A stretch of 64,000 nt of DNA, from assembly GCA_973851085.1 (NCBI GenBank), contig OZ316775.1, positions 7,998,001 to 8,062,000 on the forward strand, given 5' to 3'. The translations under genes were made by a program, and so were the position numbers. A model generated the notes under the pieces. That model did no database searches, was not told the DNA's origin, and saw nothing but the letters and a program-made list of their open reading frames with translations. The stretch comes from Ptychomitrium polyphyllum (lineage: Eukaryota). Position 1 is the stretch's first letter, and each line of letters starts with the position of its first letter. Below are positions 39,540 to 52,257 of the stretch, piece by piece.

Positions 39540-39887
39540 ATTGTTCTTTGTTGGAATTTCTATCCCTCTCAAAGCGTTCCACTACTTCATTGGTATTTTC
39601 TAAGTTCTTGGCCGCTATCAAAATTGCTTCCTTTTCATGGTACCTTCACCACTTCACCAAATATTCTTTTCCTATTTTCTTGAAGTGCCTACACTTGAGA
39701 ATTTTTTTCACTTTGTATTCCAAATAATTGCCTTCTAATTTTGGCAGTGGCCAAATTATTTGCTTGCAATTGGGCCACAAAGTATCTTTTTTGAATGGCT
39801 TAAGGAATGAGACATGAAATGTTAAGTGTAATTTGATTTTGGATGGTAGCTCTAACTTATACACATCTTTAAACACCTGCTTTATTG
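39540..39887 (-). mobile_element. Integrase C-terminus with chromodomain (chromovirus)
   Basis: VYKLELPSKIKLHLTFHVSFLKP...EYKVKKILKCR...KEYLVKW. Confidence 0.85.
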
Positions 39888-40343
39888 TGTAAACAAAGAT
39901 CATCACTCACAATAGATCGAGTGCCAGCATCAATCATTAAATATGAAATCAAAACCAAACCCAAATGCATAAGAAGCACATCCTTAAGAACCTGGTTTCA
40001 ATCTACATTCAAGAAACTAATCATTCACACAAGAATCAAGCTATCTTTCACTCCATAAAGGAAGAATTTAAGAGTGCTAGTGTAAGAGGGAACTTAAGAT
40101 TTTACTAAAAGTTACTAAACCATAGCCACAAGAAAGCATCATAATTTTCTTCTCCAAAAACACACTCACAAGACTTGACTTGATAATAATGTCAAGTCAA
40201 GAAGCTTTTCCTCTACTTACAACCAAATCCTAGGTAGATGAGCCTTGAAATTTGGATGAAACTCATCCAAATCTAATATGGACTCCTACAGGATTCCATT
40301 TAATAAACTAATTGACATGATATGGCCTTTTGATGTCACTTCA
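39888..40343. mobile_element. LTR-like repeat (family E); second copy at about 48690-49011
   Basis: AATCATTCACACAAGAATCAAGCTATC...TGTCACTTCA shared by both copies. TG...CA termini. The left about 80 bp recurs at about 40358-40440. Confidence 0.7.
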
Positions 40344-40595
40344 TGTAACAGTTGTCATATAAACAAAGATCGTCACACATAACAGATCGAGTGCTAGCAT
40401 CAATCATCAAATATAAAATAAATACCAAACCCAAATGCTCAACAAACATCCCTTCAAGTGCCCTCCCTAGCAGATAAAGAGTCTTTCCAATCAGCTAGGA
40501 ACAAATACACACGTTGTTGGAGATAATCGCGATGGTGATGTTGCTGCAACATTTGTACACATCCATCTCAGTATTGTGGCCTCGGTATAACAACC

Positions 40596-41741
40596 TGTTG
40601 CAACCCTCGTAATGCACCTTAGTAAGCGTTACGTGCGTCAATCCAGTATACCTCCATATGCACATGGTTAACTCCCATTCTCACTCTTCAAGTCTTTCTA
40701 CCATTTCTTTTAAGACACTTAATTGATTGGTAGCCAATGGTTAGGTGCGGACTTCCATTCATGTCCAAAGCCTCACTTAGGTGTTACTTCCATTTCACAC
40801 GGCCTAACTACACTTAGTAGTGTCTCTTCACCACCACTCATAATTCCCATGCGATCCTAAGATCACCCAAGGCCATCATGGTGCCGGTGTGAAGACACCA
40901 CCTCAACTTAGTGGTAATAAGCATACCTTTTTGAACGTACTAGGTCCCGCCGTGAAACCGGCCATCCACCGGCTTACAATGGTGTGGGAGTCCCCGTGGT
41001 GAAGCTCCAACACTAGCTCCACTAACCGGGATTCACCCTTGGTTCCTATTTGGATACTAGGAGAGTGGGGAGGGGGACCAGCCCTCCCCTATAGTACTCT
41101 CTGTGGGATTTGGCAGGCCCCCTGGCCCTCTATAGCTGGCTAAACCCCGATATACCTAAAGTTTTGGAAGACCACCCGATCTCCCTTGGGACTTAGCAGC
41201 TGGAAGCCTCCGGAACTCCTAGCGGACCTTCAGGGAGCCATATCTTCCTTTTTTGGTGCCCAAATGTATCAAGCAACCACTCTATCGTCATTTACTCTTT
41301 GCGTAGATGCCGATAGACTTCTCAAACATCCAATTTGAATTAGTATTGTGGAAGATACGTCTCTCCCAAGGTTCGGGATTCTCGGGGAGTCCCTCCCTGG
41401 ACTGTCCTAGTCCAGTACAGTCACTGTGTGGGGCTGCCACAGTCCAGAACAGCCCCTTGGCAACCCCAACTTTGGAATGCTATAACTTTTAGCTCTCTTA
41501 TTCGATTTGAGCAATCTTTAGCATTCTAGAATGAGTTCTACGTGATTCCTCCAATGCCCACAATTTATCCCTTGTGGCCCTCGGTCTACATGGGCAAGGA
41601 TGTTTCTCCCCGTCGGGATCTTTCCCATGCTAGGCCCACTCGGTTCCTTTCACAATTGGCACCACAAGTCCCGAACGTCACTCCGGGGTCCCCCTTGTGC
41701 CCTTAGTGTTGCGGGCACTCCTCAAGGAGAGGTGCGCAACA
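40596..41741 (-). mobile_element. Solo LTR family D with TSD CAACC/TAACC
   Basis: TGTTGCAACC...GCGCAACA termini, flanks match at 4 of 5 bases. Confidence 0.85.
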
Positions 41742-42910
41742 TAACCAGTCGTGGAAGAATTTACACTCGCCATGGTACAAGCGCAATTTCCAATGCCGTA
41801 ATTGCTTAAACGCTATCTATAAATGCCTCACATGTTTCTGTGGGCTACTACTAAAGATGATAATATCATTAATGTACATTCTAGCAAATAGTAAGCCAAC
41901 CAAAACATGGTCCTTCACCCTCTGAAAATCAGCTGGTGCATTCTTTAGGCCAAATTGAAGAAACTTCCAATGATAGAGTTGATCCTTGCCATCTTGATCA
42001 ACTCTCCAAAATGTTGTCTTTAATTGGTCTTCCACAAACAATGGCAATTGGTGATAGCCAAATTGCAAGTCCAAAATGCTGAAAACTCAAGAGAAATCAA
42101 TCACATTAAATAGTTACTCTGACATTGGCATCGGGTACTGGTTTAACTTGGTCTTATGATTAACTTGATGGTAATCTCTACACATTCACATCTCTGTCCA
42201 CTTGCTAAACATATCCTTCTTAAAAGGCATCATTGTCGCACAAGCATACTCCCCATTAGAGAACTCAATCAAACTTGCAGCCAATAACTCTTGACAACAA
42301 GTTTGAACACCAAATTTCTTTGAGGCAGTCAATCTATAAGGTCGTCAAAAGATTAGATGATCATCTTTCAATTGAATGTGAATGAGTTTGCTTCTTAGCC
42401 TTCAAGGTCGTTGAGGCTAAAGGCAAAATAGTTGCAATACGAGCGGATAAAAGCCTTTAAGCTTCGTGTTTCGGCACCTGTAAGATGTGGCCCTAATTCC
42501 AATGGCCAATTATTAAACTTTGTGGCCTCTTTCTTTGCCAATTGAAAACCACTACATGCCGGCACGCCTTCTAATTGTTAATCTGTAGCAGAAAAAACTC
42601 TCATGCCCTTAGGATCCTTACTAAAAGCCAAATGAGGAGCTTTACCACCATCATCTATGTATAAGATGGCAGTTTCATCAAAACATGGAGTACCTTGCAA
42701 AAAGAGCCGTGAGAACATTTCTTAGGCATTTGCTCGTCCAAAGTCTTACGCCAAAGCAACAAAAACGAGTTGAACTTGTAGCTCTTCCATTGCATGCTAC
42801 TTCAAGCAAAAAAGTAACTCAGATTCCTCAACTTCAGTGAGTTTTTGCTCTACTGCCCCTTGACCATTGCTCTCCGACCTTAGAGAAACCAAATGGCCAT
42901 AATGATGTTG

Positions 42911-44440
42911 CTAGACAGCAAGACAGATGCCAAAAATCCACACCAAAGTGTTGAGGTCTATAGCTTGGTCCAAAAGAAAGCAACATTGATCCTCAGGGAG
43001 ATCATGAGTAGCTGTGGTGCCTGTCAAAAAATCCATAGCGCGCTCCCTCTCATCTGCAGTAGGCTCTTTATGAGTTTGTGAATGTGAATTCCAAACCATG
43101 CCAAGCCCACGTGCTTGAAATGCAAAAGATCTCGGATATGTCACCAATGTGGGCAACGCCCTATTAGATGCTCCCAGCTTGTTGACCAAAGCCAATAGAG
43201 ACTCATTGTCTTTAGAAATAGCCAAGGCAAAGCGATGACCATCTAAAATATCATCCACCTTGCGTCCAGTGGGTCGTTGGATTTTAGAAAGTGTTGCCGT
43301 GAGTACATGAGATGGTGCCAAGTTGGTCCAAATCCAACAACGACGATGTGCGTAAGAATCCAAAAATGCAACATCCACGAAGGTTGGAGGACCATGGAAT
43401 TGGCAAAAATACTATCCATCCTTTAAAACCTTTGTCTGTGTTGTCATGATGTAATTAATTGTATAGTTTAAAACTTGAGTAGTATTTGTTGTTTGGTGTA
43501 TTTGGAAAAAAGTATCAGGAAAAAGAAATAATTAGATTAAAATAAAGGTTGTGGTAAAACCACAATATTTATTTATCATGGAGGTGGAACCGCATTTTTA
43601 TCTTAGCTCAAGGTGATTAGGCCGATTAACTGTAATTTTTCCATCTTGCTGTTTTTGCTAGCAATACCAAGTTAAATTAGCTGCCTTGAGTTTCTGAGGG
43701 CAACTAGTTTGAATGTTCATAACTTCTTGTAGAAACGTCTTTTGTACGTGAAATTTTTAGAAAAAAATTCAAATTACTTTAGAAAGATGGTGTACAAAAT
43801 TTTAACAAAACTTTTTTAAAACATTCAGTAAGCTATATATAAATTTTGGTTGCCAAATCCTTAGTACCCTCTAAGATCTATAATTGGGTGTTAGAAATAG
43901 AAACTCTTTATGCATCTTGACCTTGATCAATTAGATGCTAAAAAAGACCCTGTGTTTTCTATAGCTACCACTTTCATCACGACAGCGTGTTACGTAATGG
44001 AGGCACATTTTCAAAAATATACCTAGGCGGCGTAGCTTGGTGTGTAAACCACCACTCTATAAGCTGGCTAGATTAAGTCTGCAAATAGACTTGACCGGAG
44101 GTCATCCAAACCTCAACCCGCTCCGACATGTGAATGGCCTTGATAAGGCCACCTAGCAATGAATAAGTCAACATGGTCCAATCTCCTCAAATCCTCATCA
44201 CTAATGAAAAAGACATCTCGAGGAAATTGGCCAAAACAACCGTGAATGGCAGATGAAATTAACTGCTCCGAGCATAAAGCCAATAATATCTAGAGGTGAT
44301 GTTAGGCTGCTCAATTGGATACAAAACCTAGTATCCATATGAATGTATTGCTAAACATTGAATCCGGCTTCTAAAATTGCCGCCAAACTGGTACCAATGC
44401 CTACAAATAGCTCCACTAGGGTAATACCCTCAGTTGGTGG
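42911..44440 (-). pseudogene. Retrotransposon-borne C5-cytosine DNA methyltransferase domain (DNMT3/DRM-like), decayed
   Basis: Motif I LVELFVGIG (about 44393-44419), IV VDLFIARWPYQGHS...GLDDLRSSLF (about 44080-44175), VI YIFENV (about 44004-44021), VIII DSYAHRRCWIWTNL (about 43320-43360), IX/X ERERAMDF..GTT...LLDQAIDL (about 42950-43050), in canonical order. Confidence 0.85.
43442..43984. mobile_element. Internally deleted solo LTR family C interrupting the MTase domain, 4-bp TSD GTGT/GCGT
   Basis: TGTCATGATG...CATCACGACA. Both ends match 28653-30164 in reverse. Removing it plus one TSD copy rejoins ENVPPLRNT-QTKVLKDG in frame. Confidence 0.8.
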
Positions 44441-47375
44441 ATGCCAATGAATAGGATAAACAAAGGAAAATAGTGATGAGGTAGCTGGTACATTCAAAAG
44501 CTCCAATGAAGCCACAATCTTTTGGCATTGCCAAGATAGTTCTTCCAAAGTGTTCCACGGTGGAAATGGATTTTTGCAATGTCGTGCAGAAACTTCTAAA
44601 GGTAGTAAACCATGTTATTCCACTGAACTAATCATAAATGCAAATGTCTCCTCTAGCAGAATAGGTCCATAAGGTAAGTCTGTTATTCAGACGCTGCAAC
44701 CAAATAAAGTCTCCATTGACATAGTTATGGCAACTACTGCAAATGCTATAGGAATGGATTCTTTTCTTCCATCTCTTGCAAACCAACCTAGCCTAATCTA
44801 TGTCTCTTCAATTCAATTGTCTAAAACCAAAATTAAGTGGATAAAGTACCTGCTGACCAATTAAAAAATCATAGTTGGTAACAGTGGTCACTACACATTA
44901 TAAAAACAAGTGTGAGTAAAGAAGGTCAGAACCAATGCAAAGAATCAACTGCAATGGTTGTCTAATATAGCCAGTAGTACGCTCTGTGCCTCCAATTGAG
45001 GTAATGATGGTAAATGGACAAGGTTCAAGGTCTGCATCACCTAGACCTAGCTCTTAAGTAAGATGCTTGCCAATCATGACTGGCTAAGCACCAGAGTCCA
45101 TTATAACTTTCATCGGTGTAGCACGAGTGGCATTGCCATTGGTACGGCTAACAACAAGTACATTGTTGTCATTAAATAGCTACACCACTCTTATAGCCAA
45201 TGGCGCATCAAATGAAGAACTTAGCTTCATTTGCTGTGAAGCACCTGCATTAAATGCTACAATGGCTTCAGCAGCAAGCTTAGCTGGCAACATAGCCAAA
45301 TCCTCATCTATGGAAGGCCTAATTATTGCTTGAGCCACTTCAAGAAATGGCATAGCAATTTTGCCTTCTAACATCTTGTCAGCCAAGTGAAAAATCCTAA
45401 CTGGATGAAAATTTGGTGATGTCAGCTCAACACTGGAGAAAATAGGCATATGCAACACCTTTTGTGCCAAAGTGTGTGCCAAGTCTCTAAAAGCAGTTCC
45501 TCCATATTGTGCTAAAGCTAGAAGAATAGGTTAAGATGCAGAACCAACATCTACAAGGCTAAATGATAATGGCAACCACACTTGGCCAATCCGATCTGAT
45601 GAACCACTATGACGTATACGCACGCTTTGTTGTGATTCATCCATGTTGGTCGTCACCATCTTGGCTGCTGTTTAGGCACGTGTGGCAATTGCAGCCACCA
45701 TCTCCCCTGAAGCCCCTACCATATAAATATCTGAAGCAGAAGTGCTTATTCCATTCCAAAGAACCACTTTAAAGCCAGTGACGTGATCCAATGAAGCCAC
45801 AATCTGGAACTTCTTTTCCAATTCTATAAACTTGGCTTCTAATGCTTTTTCTTTCTCCAAAAAAGGCCGCTTTTCCGGATGTAAAATAAAACAATGATCA
45901 TCATCATAGTTGAGCTTGTCACAATAAGAACACTTCAACTATTTCTTCTTGGCCTTCTCTGCAATCTTGACCACATCTTCCGTCTGCTTAGACTTATCCA
46001 ACATTGGAGCTCTCTTCTTCTCAGGGCAATTAGGATCATTCTTGGTATGACGAGCTTCACCACACCCTCAATAATGCAAAGTCTTCTCAGACTAAGTCTC
46101 TGCCAAACTATTTGTAGCAATAGTAGCCTTCTTAGATTTGGAAGCATCTGTCATCTAAGAAACCATATCAGTGGCATCGTGTTGACAGAGAGTTCAATCA
46201 CACATCTCAACTTCAGTAAATGATTGAGCCAACGTTGCTCGACCATGGTAGTTGAAAATAATCCTTAGCATAGCCAAGTCTAGCAGTCGCTTGTGAATCT
46301 TAGACAAATAGATCTGGACAAGCTGACTCTTTGCAAATACACATCTAGATTCCATTGCAAACATTTCCAAATGGGTATATATAGTATATGAAGTCTCTTC
46401 CTTCTTCCGATAGAAGTCTTAGATGCATTGCATCTGATCACACCTGAAGCCTCCATGCTCAACCTCCAGATGAGCTATAAACAAGCAAAGTGGCTCAAAC
46501 AACGATGGCTGACCAAGTGCAGATAATGCTGCCTGCGTAGCCTATGCCATTTGTAATATTGTGGTAGAGGATTAACTCAATATCGGAGCCTTGTTTTTTG
46601 TGTCTTTAAAATATGAGCCATTCCCTTCTACAAGCTTCTCTTCCACCTTCACTGCAGGGATCAAACTAGCCACTGCACCTTCCTTCAAGGTAGAAATTAG
46701 CTCTACACGAGCCTTCTAATAGCGTTCCACCTCACGCAATTGGAGCTCATGTTCATCACTCCACCGTTCATATGCCTGAATTGCCTCAAACTCCAAATGC
46801 TCTGGCAACAGTCCAAATGCGTACTAGTTATTGAAACTTGGAGACCGCTAACGCTTCTTTTTCATCCAAGTCCAAAACTTGAGCTTCCAATTGAGTAGGG
46901 AAATGCCCCTAGCCCTTCCAGAAAATTGATCCCTCAAAACATGTCGAGGATCGTCATCCATCTTGTCAAATGTGGCCACACTCCAAATCCAAAGCCTATT
47001 TGTAGTATTTACTGCTGGCTCAAAGTCTTTAGTGTGTGCACCTTCCAAATAGTCTAGTGACGGAAATCGATAATAACAACTCCGTGTTTGCACCATAAAA
47101 ATGAGTACTTGGGTACTTGCAACAATCTAAAGGATAAAGAAGCAACCTGCACTTGCACCTGCAATTACCACCAAACTATGCAATGAATTGGTCATCACCT
47201 TCAATCATCATAGGTCCAACAAGTACCGCCCACATGGTACTAACAAAAAGAATCTCGCTAGTTATCAATCCAATTTCATCTCTACGATACGCCTATAAAC
47301 ACAGACTACATACAACACAAAATGGAGCAACACTATAAATCAACACCAACAATGCTCGCAACATGGGAGAGTACT

Positions 47376-47978
47376 TATCACGGACACAGATCATGCAACA
47401 TAGTTCCTTGAACATTCTAGAACCTTCTAATATACCATAATAGCTTTTTAGAATACTTTTAGACGTTTCCATAGTCTTTCCATGTTTTTAAGAAGCTTCC
47501 TAAGAAAATTCCTCCATCTTAGGAAACTTCCTAGGAAGGTTCTATCATCTTAGATAACTTCCTAGGAAATTTCCTACAAAGACTCCATCATTTTAGGAAA
47601 CTTCCTAGGAAGGTTCTACCTCTTTAGGAAACTTCCTAAGAAGGTTCCGCTACCTGAGGAAACTTCCAAGGAAGGTTCCAACATCTTAGGAAGGTTCCAA
47701 CATCTTAAGAAACTTCTTGGGAAGGTTCCCTAGACTTCCAGAACATTCTTAAGCCTTGTAGGAAGCTTCTTTAGAAGTATCCTAGGAGATACAAACGTCA
47801 TAGTATAAATAGGAAGCAAGACAAGGTATTCTTTAGTCTTGCCAATACAAGTTGTGGATCATTTTGAATCCTGCCTTGTTATAGTCTTTGTATCAAGTTT
47901 TTGTTAATCATTAGCTCTTTGGAAGCTAATTCTTAGGAAACACTTTGTTTTTGCTTCTTGTTTCTTGTATCCCTACCA
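47376..47978. mobile_element. Solo LTR family A with expanded about 29-bp internal tandem array
   Basis: Aligns with 2848-3356. Repeats of TTAGGAAACTTCCTAGGAAGGTTC.. at about 47490-47730. Flanks GTACT/CTACC are only a partial TSD match. Confidence 0.8.
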
Positions 47979-50900
47979 CTACCATAACAAAAATAAAAAA
48001 TTCAAAGCCTAGATTTTCTTCCCAACAACAAATTGCAAAATGCAAGTGGACTAAAGCAACCGGCATATGCCTGCGGTTAATAGCCACAAAGTCACAAATA
48101 CCTGCAATGCAAAAAAAATTCTAAAAGTATTTTCTTAAGTTTTAAACTAAAAAGATAGTGAGAACTTTTGGCTGAGGTGTTGAAAAACACAAATCTCCTA
48201 ATGAAAATAGCAACACTAGGGGATACAATGTGCCACAAAGCCAATCTAATATTAAAAATGAATTAAATGGCTAAATTCCCAAATGTAGGTGCAAATTTTG
48301 CTCAAAATTGAGTAAAAATGCCTTCACAATCCATCTCCAAAATTTAGACTCTATTTTTCTTTTTATTTAAAAAAAAACACATAAAAATGTGATTTTTGAA
48401 AAACTTTTATCACCAAAAGTTTTCATTAACAATAGGTATATTTACCTCTACAAAATCCAAATCTGCAAATAAATTCAAAAATAACCTTTTTTGCAAAAGT
48501 TATGAAGTCGCAGTAATTAAGAAATTAGAGGTTGTCTAAAATCCACGAAGTTTTCAAGGTTTCCTCCTTATCTGAGCTGGTCTATGCTGGTATGGTGCGA
48601 TTGGAAATCTTCATGTTTCCTAGATTTCAAAAACTTTACTTTTTCTAAATTTTAGAATCTTCATTTTTGTGGATTTTAGACAAGGGTCCTAATCATTCAC
48701 ACAAGAATCAAGCTATCTCTCACTCCACAAAGGAAAAATTCAAGAATTCAAGAGGGAATTTAAGACTTTACTAAAAGCTACTAAACCATAGTCATAAGAA
48801 AGCAACAACATAAGTTTCTTTTTCAAAAATACACTCACAAGATTTGACTTGACAACAATATCAAGTCAAGAAGCTCTTCCCCTACTTACAACCAAATTCT
48901 AGGTGAATGAGCCCTGAAGATTGGATAAAACTCATCCAAATCTAACATGGACTCCTACAAGAGTCCATTTAACAAACTAATTGACGTAATGTGGCCTTCT
49001 AATGTCACTTCACATGACGTGCTCCACAATGGAAAACAGCCTCGCAAAATTGGACATGAACTTTAAAATGAGGCCTTCTGGCAAACTAAAATTCTTTACA
49101 TTCAACAATACCTTTTGGCCTATTTCATACTCCACTTTATGTCTTCCGGCGTTGACTTGTTTCTCGTATTGTTTTTGTACCTTTTTCAACAAAAGCTTGG
49201 TCTACTCCAACATTTGTTTCCGCTTTTTGGCCAAGTCTTCACCATCTTAGTTAAACTCTAGTATTGAATGTGCTCCTTCAAGTGCTAAGTCAGTAGGCTA
49301 AAGTGGCTCCACTTTATAGGCCACTTTAAATGGCGACTGCTTTGACGCCAAATGATTAGCCGCATTGTAATTGAACTCCGCTAGGTTCATATAATCCAGC
49401 CAATTCTAGTGATTCGCACTCACAAAGTTCTTCAAGATCTGGTTTTAGACTTTGTTCACTCGTTCTGTTTGCCCATCCGTTTGAAAATAGAAGGCAGTAC
49501 TAAATATCAATTTGGTTCTAACCTTCCTAAAATATGTTTCCAAAAAGCACTAGTGAATTTTGGATCTTGGTCCGACACAATCACTCTTGGCAATCCATAA
49601 TGTTTCCATCATGCATTGAAGAATAGCTTTGCAATCTCATATGCGGTTATGGTTCCTCTAATTAGCACCATGTGCGCCAACTTGCTAAAGCAATCTACCA
49701 TTACAAAGATGGCATCATGCCCTTGTAATTGTAGAAGATTTGTAATGAAGTCCATGGACACGCTATGCCATGGACCCAGCGGAATTGGCAAAGGTTGTTG
49801 TAGATCGGCTTGCTTTTGGTAAGAGGCTCAATTGAGTTGGCACTTCACACAAGTTTTCACAAAGCCGGTGATCTCCACTTTCATGCTCGGCCAATAGTAC
49901 CTTCTTAACACCGCCGCCATGGAGGTTTTTTCCCTCTATAGCCAGCTATGAGACTATCATGTTCTTCTTTCAAAACCAACAACCGTAGTTTTCCTTGATG
50001 CACATACACCCAACTTTGTTTGTACTTGAGCAATTCCTTCTCCAACTTAATTTCCTTAAGTTTTTTACCCTTCTTAAGCTCACCAAGAAGCCTTTGTGCT
50101 TTAGAGTCCTTCATGTATCCTTCTCTTATTTTCCTTTCCAAATTGCCTTCTCCCTTGTACATTACTTGCAGGACTTGGATTGTGCTCATTGCTTGCAATT
50201 CTTTCCGCCTACTTAGAGCATCCGGCACTACATTGTCACACCCGGGCTTGTGAATCAAATCCACATTCATGAGTGCAAAGCTGTCATGCCACCTCAATTG
50301 CTTTGCACTCATTTGTGCTTGTGACTCAAAGTACTTCAAGGACACATTGTCCGTATAGACTTTGGTTTTATGTAGGTCCAAGTAGTGCTGCCATGTTTCC
50401 AAACAATGCACTACGGCAAAGAGTTCCTTCTTGTGCGTGGGCCACTTCTTTTGGCACCCATCCAACTTCTTGCTCTCATAGGCAATTGGCATGCCTTCTT
50501 GCATGAATACTCCGCCAATGGCAAAGTCACTTGCATACGTGTGGACTTCAACGGGCTTTTTAAACTTGGAAAACTTCAATACCTGCGGTTGTAAAAACTT
50601 GCCCTTGAGTTCTTTAAAATATGGTGATAAAATTCATCGCATATTTGGCTAGTTCCTTTTTTCAACAAGTTAGACAAAGGTCTAGCAATTTTGGAGAAGT
50701 TGCATATGAATCTTTTATAATAATTTGCTAGGCCGAGAAATGATCTCAGCCCTTTTTGTGTAGAAGGTTGTTTCCACTCTCTAATTGCCTTTATCTTCCT
50801 TATGTTTGGCTTAATATCATCATCTGTCATTATATGGACCAAGAACTCAATTTCAAGTTAAGCAAACTTGCTCTTTTTTCCGTTGGCATAAAGTTTGTAG

Positions 50901-51114
50901 TCCCTAAGTTTTTGAAGAACCACTTCGAGGTGTCTTGCATGTTCTTCCGCCGATTTGAAATACACTAAGATGTCATCAATATAAACAATGACAAAGTCAT
51001 CCATATCTTCTCAAAAGATGGTATTTATGGAGGTCATGAACGTTGTAAGAGCATTGCACAACCCAAATGGCATCACCAAAAATTCATAGGACCCATATTT
51101 AGTGTGGCATGCAG

Positions 51115-52257
51115 TCTCGCGCACCTCTCTTTGAGGAGTGCCCGCAACACTAAAGGCACAAGGGGGACCCTGGAGTGATGTCTGGAACTTGTGGCGCTGA
51201 TAGTAAAGTGGCCCAAGTAGACCTAGCACGGATGGATTCTGAGGAGCAGAAACATCCTTGCCCATGTAGACCGAGGGCCACAAAAGAGAAGTTGTAGGTA
51301 TTAGAGGACTCACAAAGAGTTGATTCTAGAATGCTAAAGATTGCACAAATCGGACAAGGGAGCTAAAAGATATGGCATTCCAAAGTTGGGGCTGCCAAGG
51401 GGCTATTATGGACTGTGGCAATCCTAGACAATGATTGTACTGGACTAGGATAGTACAGGGAAGGACTCCCTGGGGGTTCCGAACCTTAGGATAGGCATAC
51501 TCCTAGAATACTAAATCAAATTGGACGTCCAAGAAGTCTATCGGCATCTACGCAAAGTGTAAATGACAATAGAATAATTGCTCGGTAGATTCGGACACCA
51601 AATGTAGAAGATATGGCTTCCTGAAAGTCCGGAGGAAGTTCCAAAGGTTTCTAGCGGCTAAGTCCCAAGGGAGATTGGGTGGTCTTCCAAAGGTTTGGAT
51701 GTATCGGGGTTCAGCCAGCTATAGAGGGTCAGAAGGCCTGCCAAATTCCACAAAGACTACTATAGGAGAAGGTTGGTCCTCTCCCCCCAACTCCCCTAGT
51801 ATCCGGGTTAATAGAGCTAGTGTTAGGGCTTCACCACGAGGACTCCTACGCTATTGTGAGCCGGTGGATGACCAGTTTTACAAAGGGAAGTAGTGAGATT
51901 AAAAGGGCATGCTTATTACCACTAAATTGAGGTGGTGTCTTCACGCCGGCACCATGATGGCTTGGGGTGATTTCAGGATTACATGGGGATTATGAGTGGT
52001 GGTGAAGAAATACCACTAAGTGCAATTAGGCCGTGCAGAATGGGAGTAACACCTAAATGAGGCCTTGGACATGAATGGAAGTCCGCACCTAACCATTGGC
52101 TACCAATCAATTGGGTGTTCTAAAAGAAATGGTAGAAGGTATTGGAAACTCGGCTTGGAACTTGGAGAGTGAAAATGCGGGTTAACCATGTGCATGTGGG
52201 AGTGTACAGGGTTGATGCGCGTGGTGTTTGTTAAGGTACATTATAAGGATTGCAACA
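51115..52257 (+). mobile_element. Solo LTR family D inserted antisense into the RT
   Basis: Reverse complement of 40596-41741. Splits the RT between ...ELET and ACHTKYGSYEF. Decayed TSD TGCAG/TACGG. Confidence 0.85.

Larger units (their letters stand above)
41750..47340 (-). mobile_element. Degenerate Ty3/Gypsy element with order gag - protease - C5 DNA methyltransferase - RT
   Basis: Zn-knuckle-like CSYCDKLNYDDDHC (about 45900), protease VIMDSG (45090-45107), MTase motifs (42911-44440), RT DLQFGYHQL...FGLKNAPADFQR...YINDIIIFS (41817-42074). Confidence 0.85.

Noticed and set aside
42911..44440. Interpretation as a host DRM/DNMT3 gene
   Set aside because: No introns or N-terminal host domains seen. 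It is embedded co-directionally between Gypsy protease and RT and is decayed like the surrounding element.
47490..47730. CRISPR-like appearance of about 29-bp palindromic repeats
   Set aside because: Units are head-to-tail without unique spacers, lie inside an LTR, and the context is eukaryotic with no cas genes.
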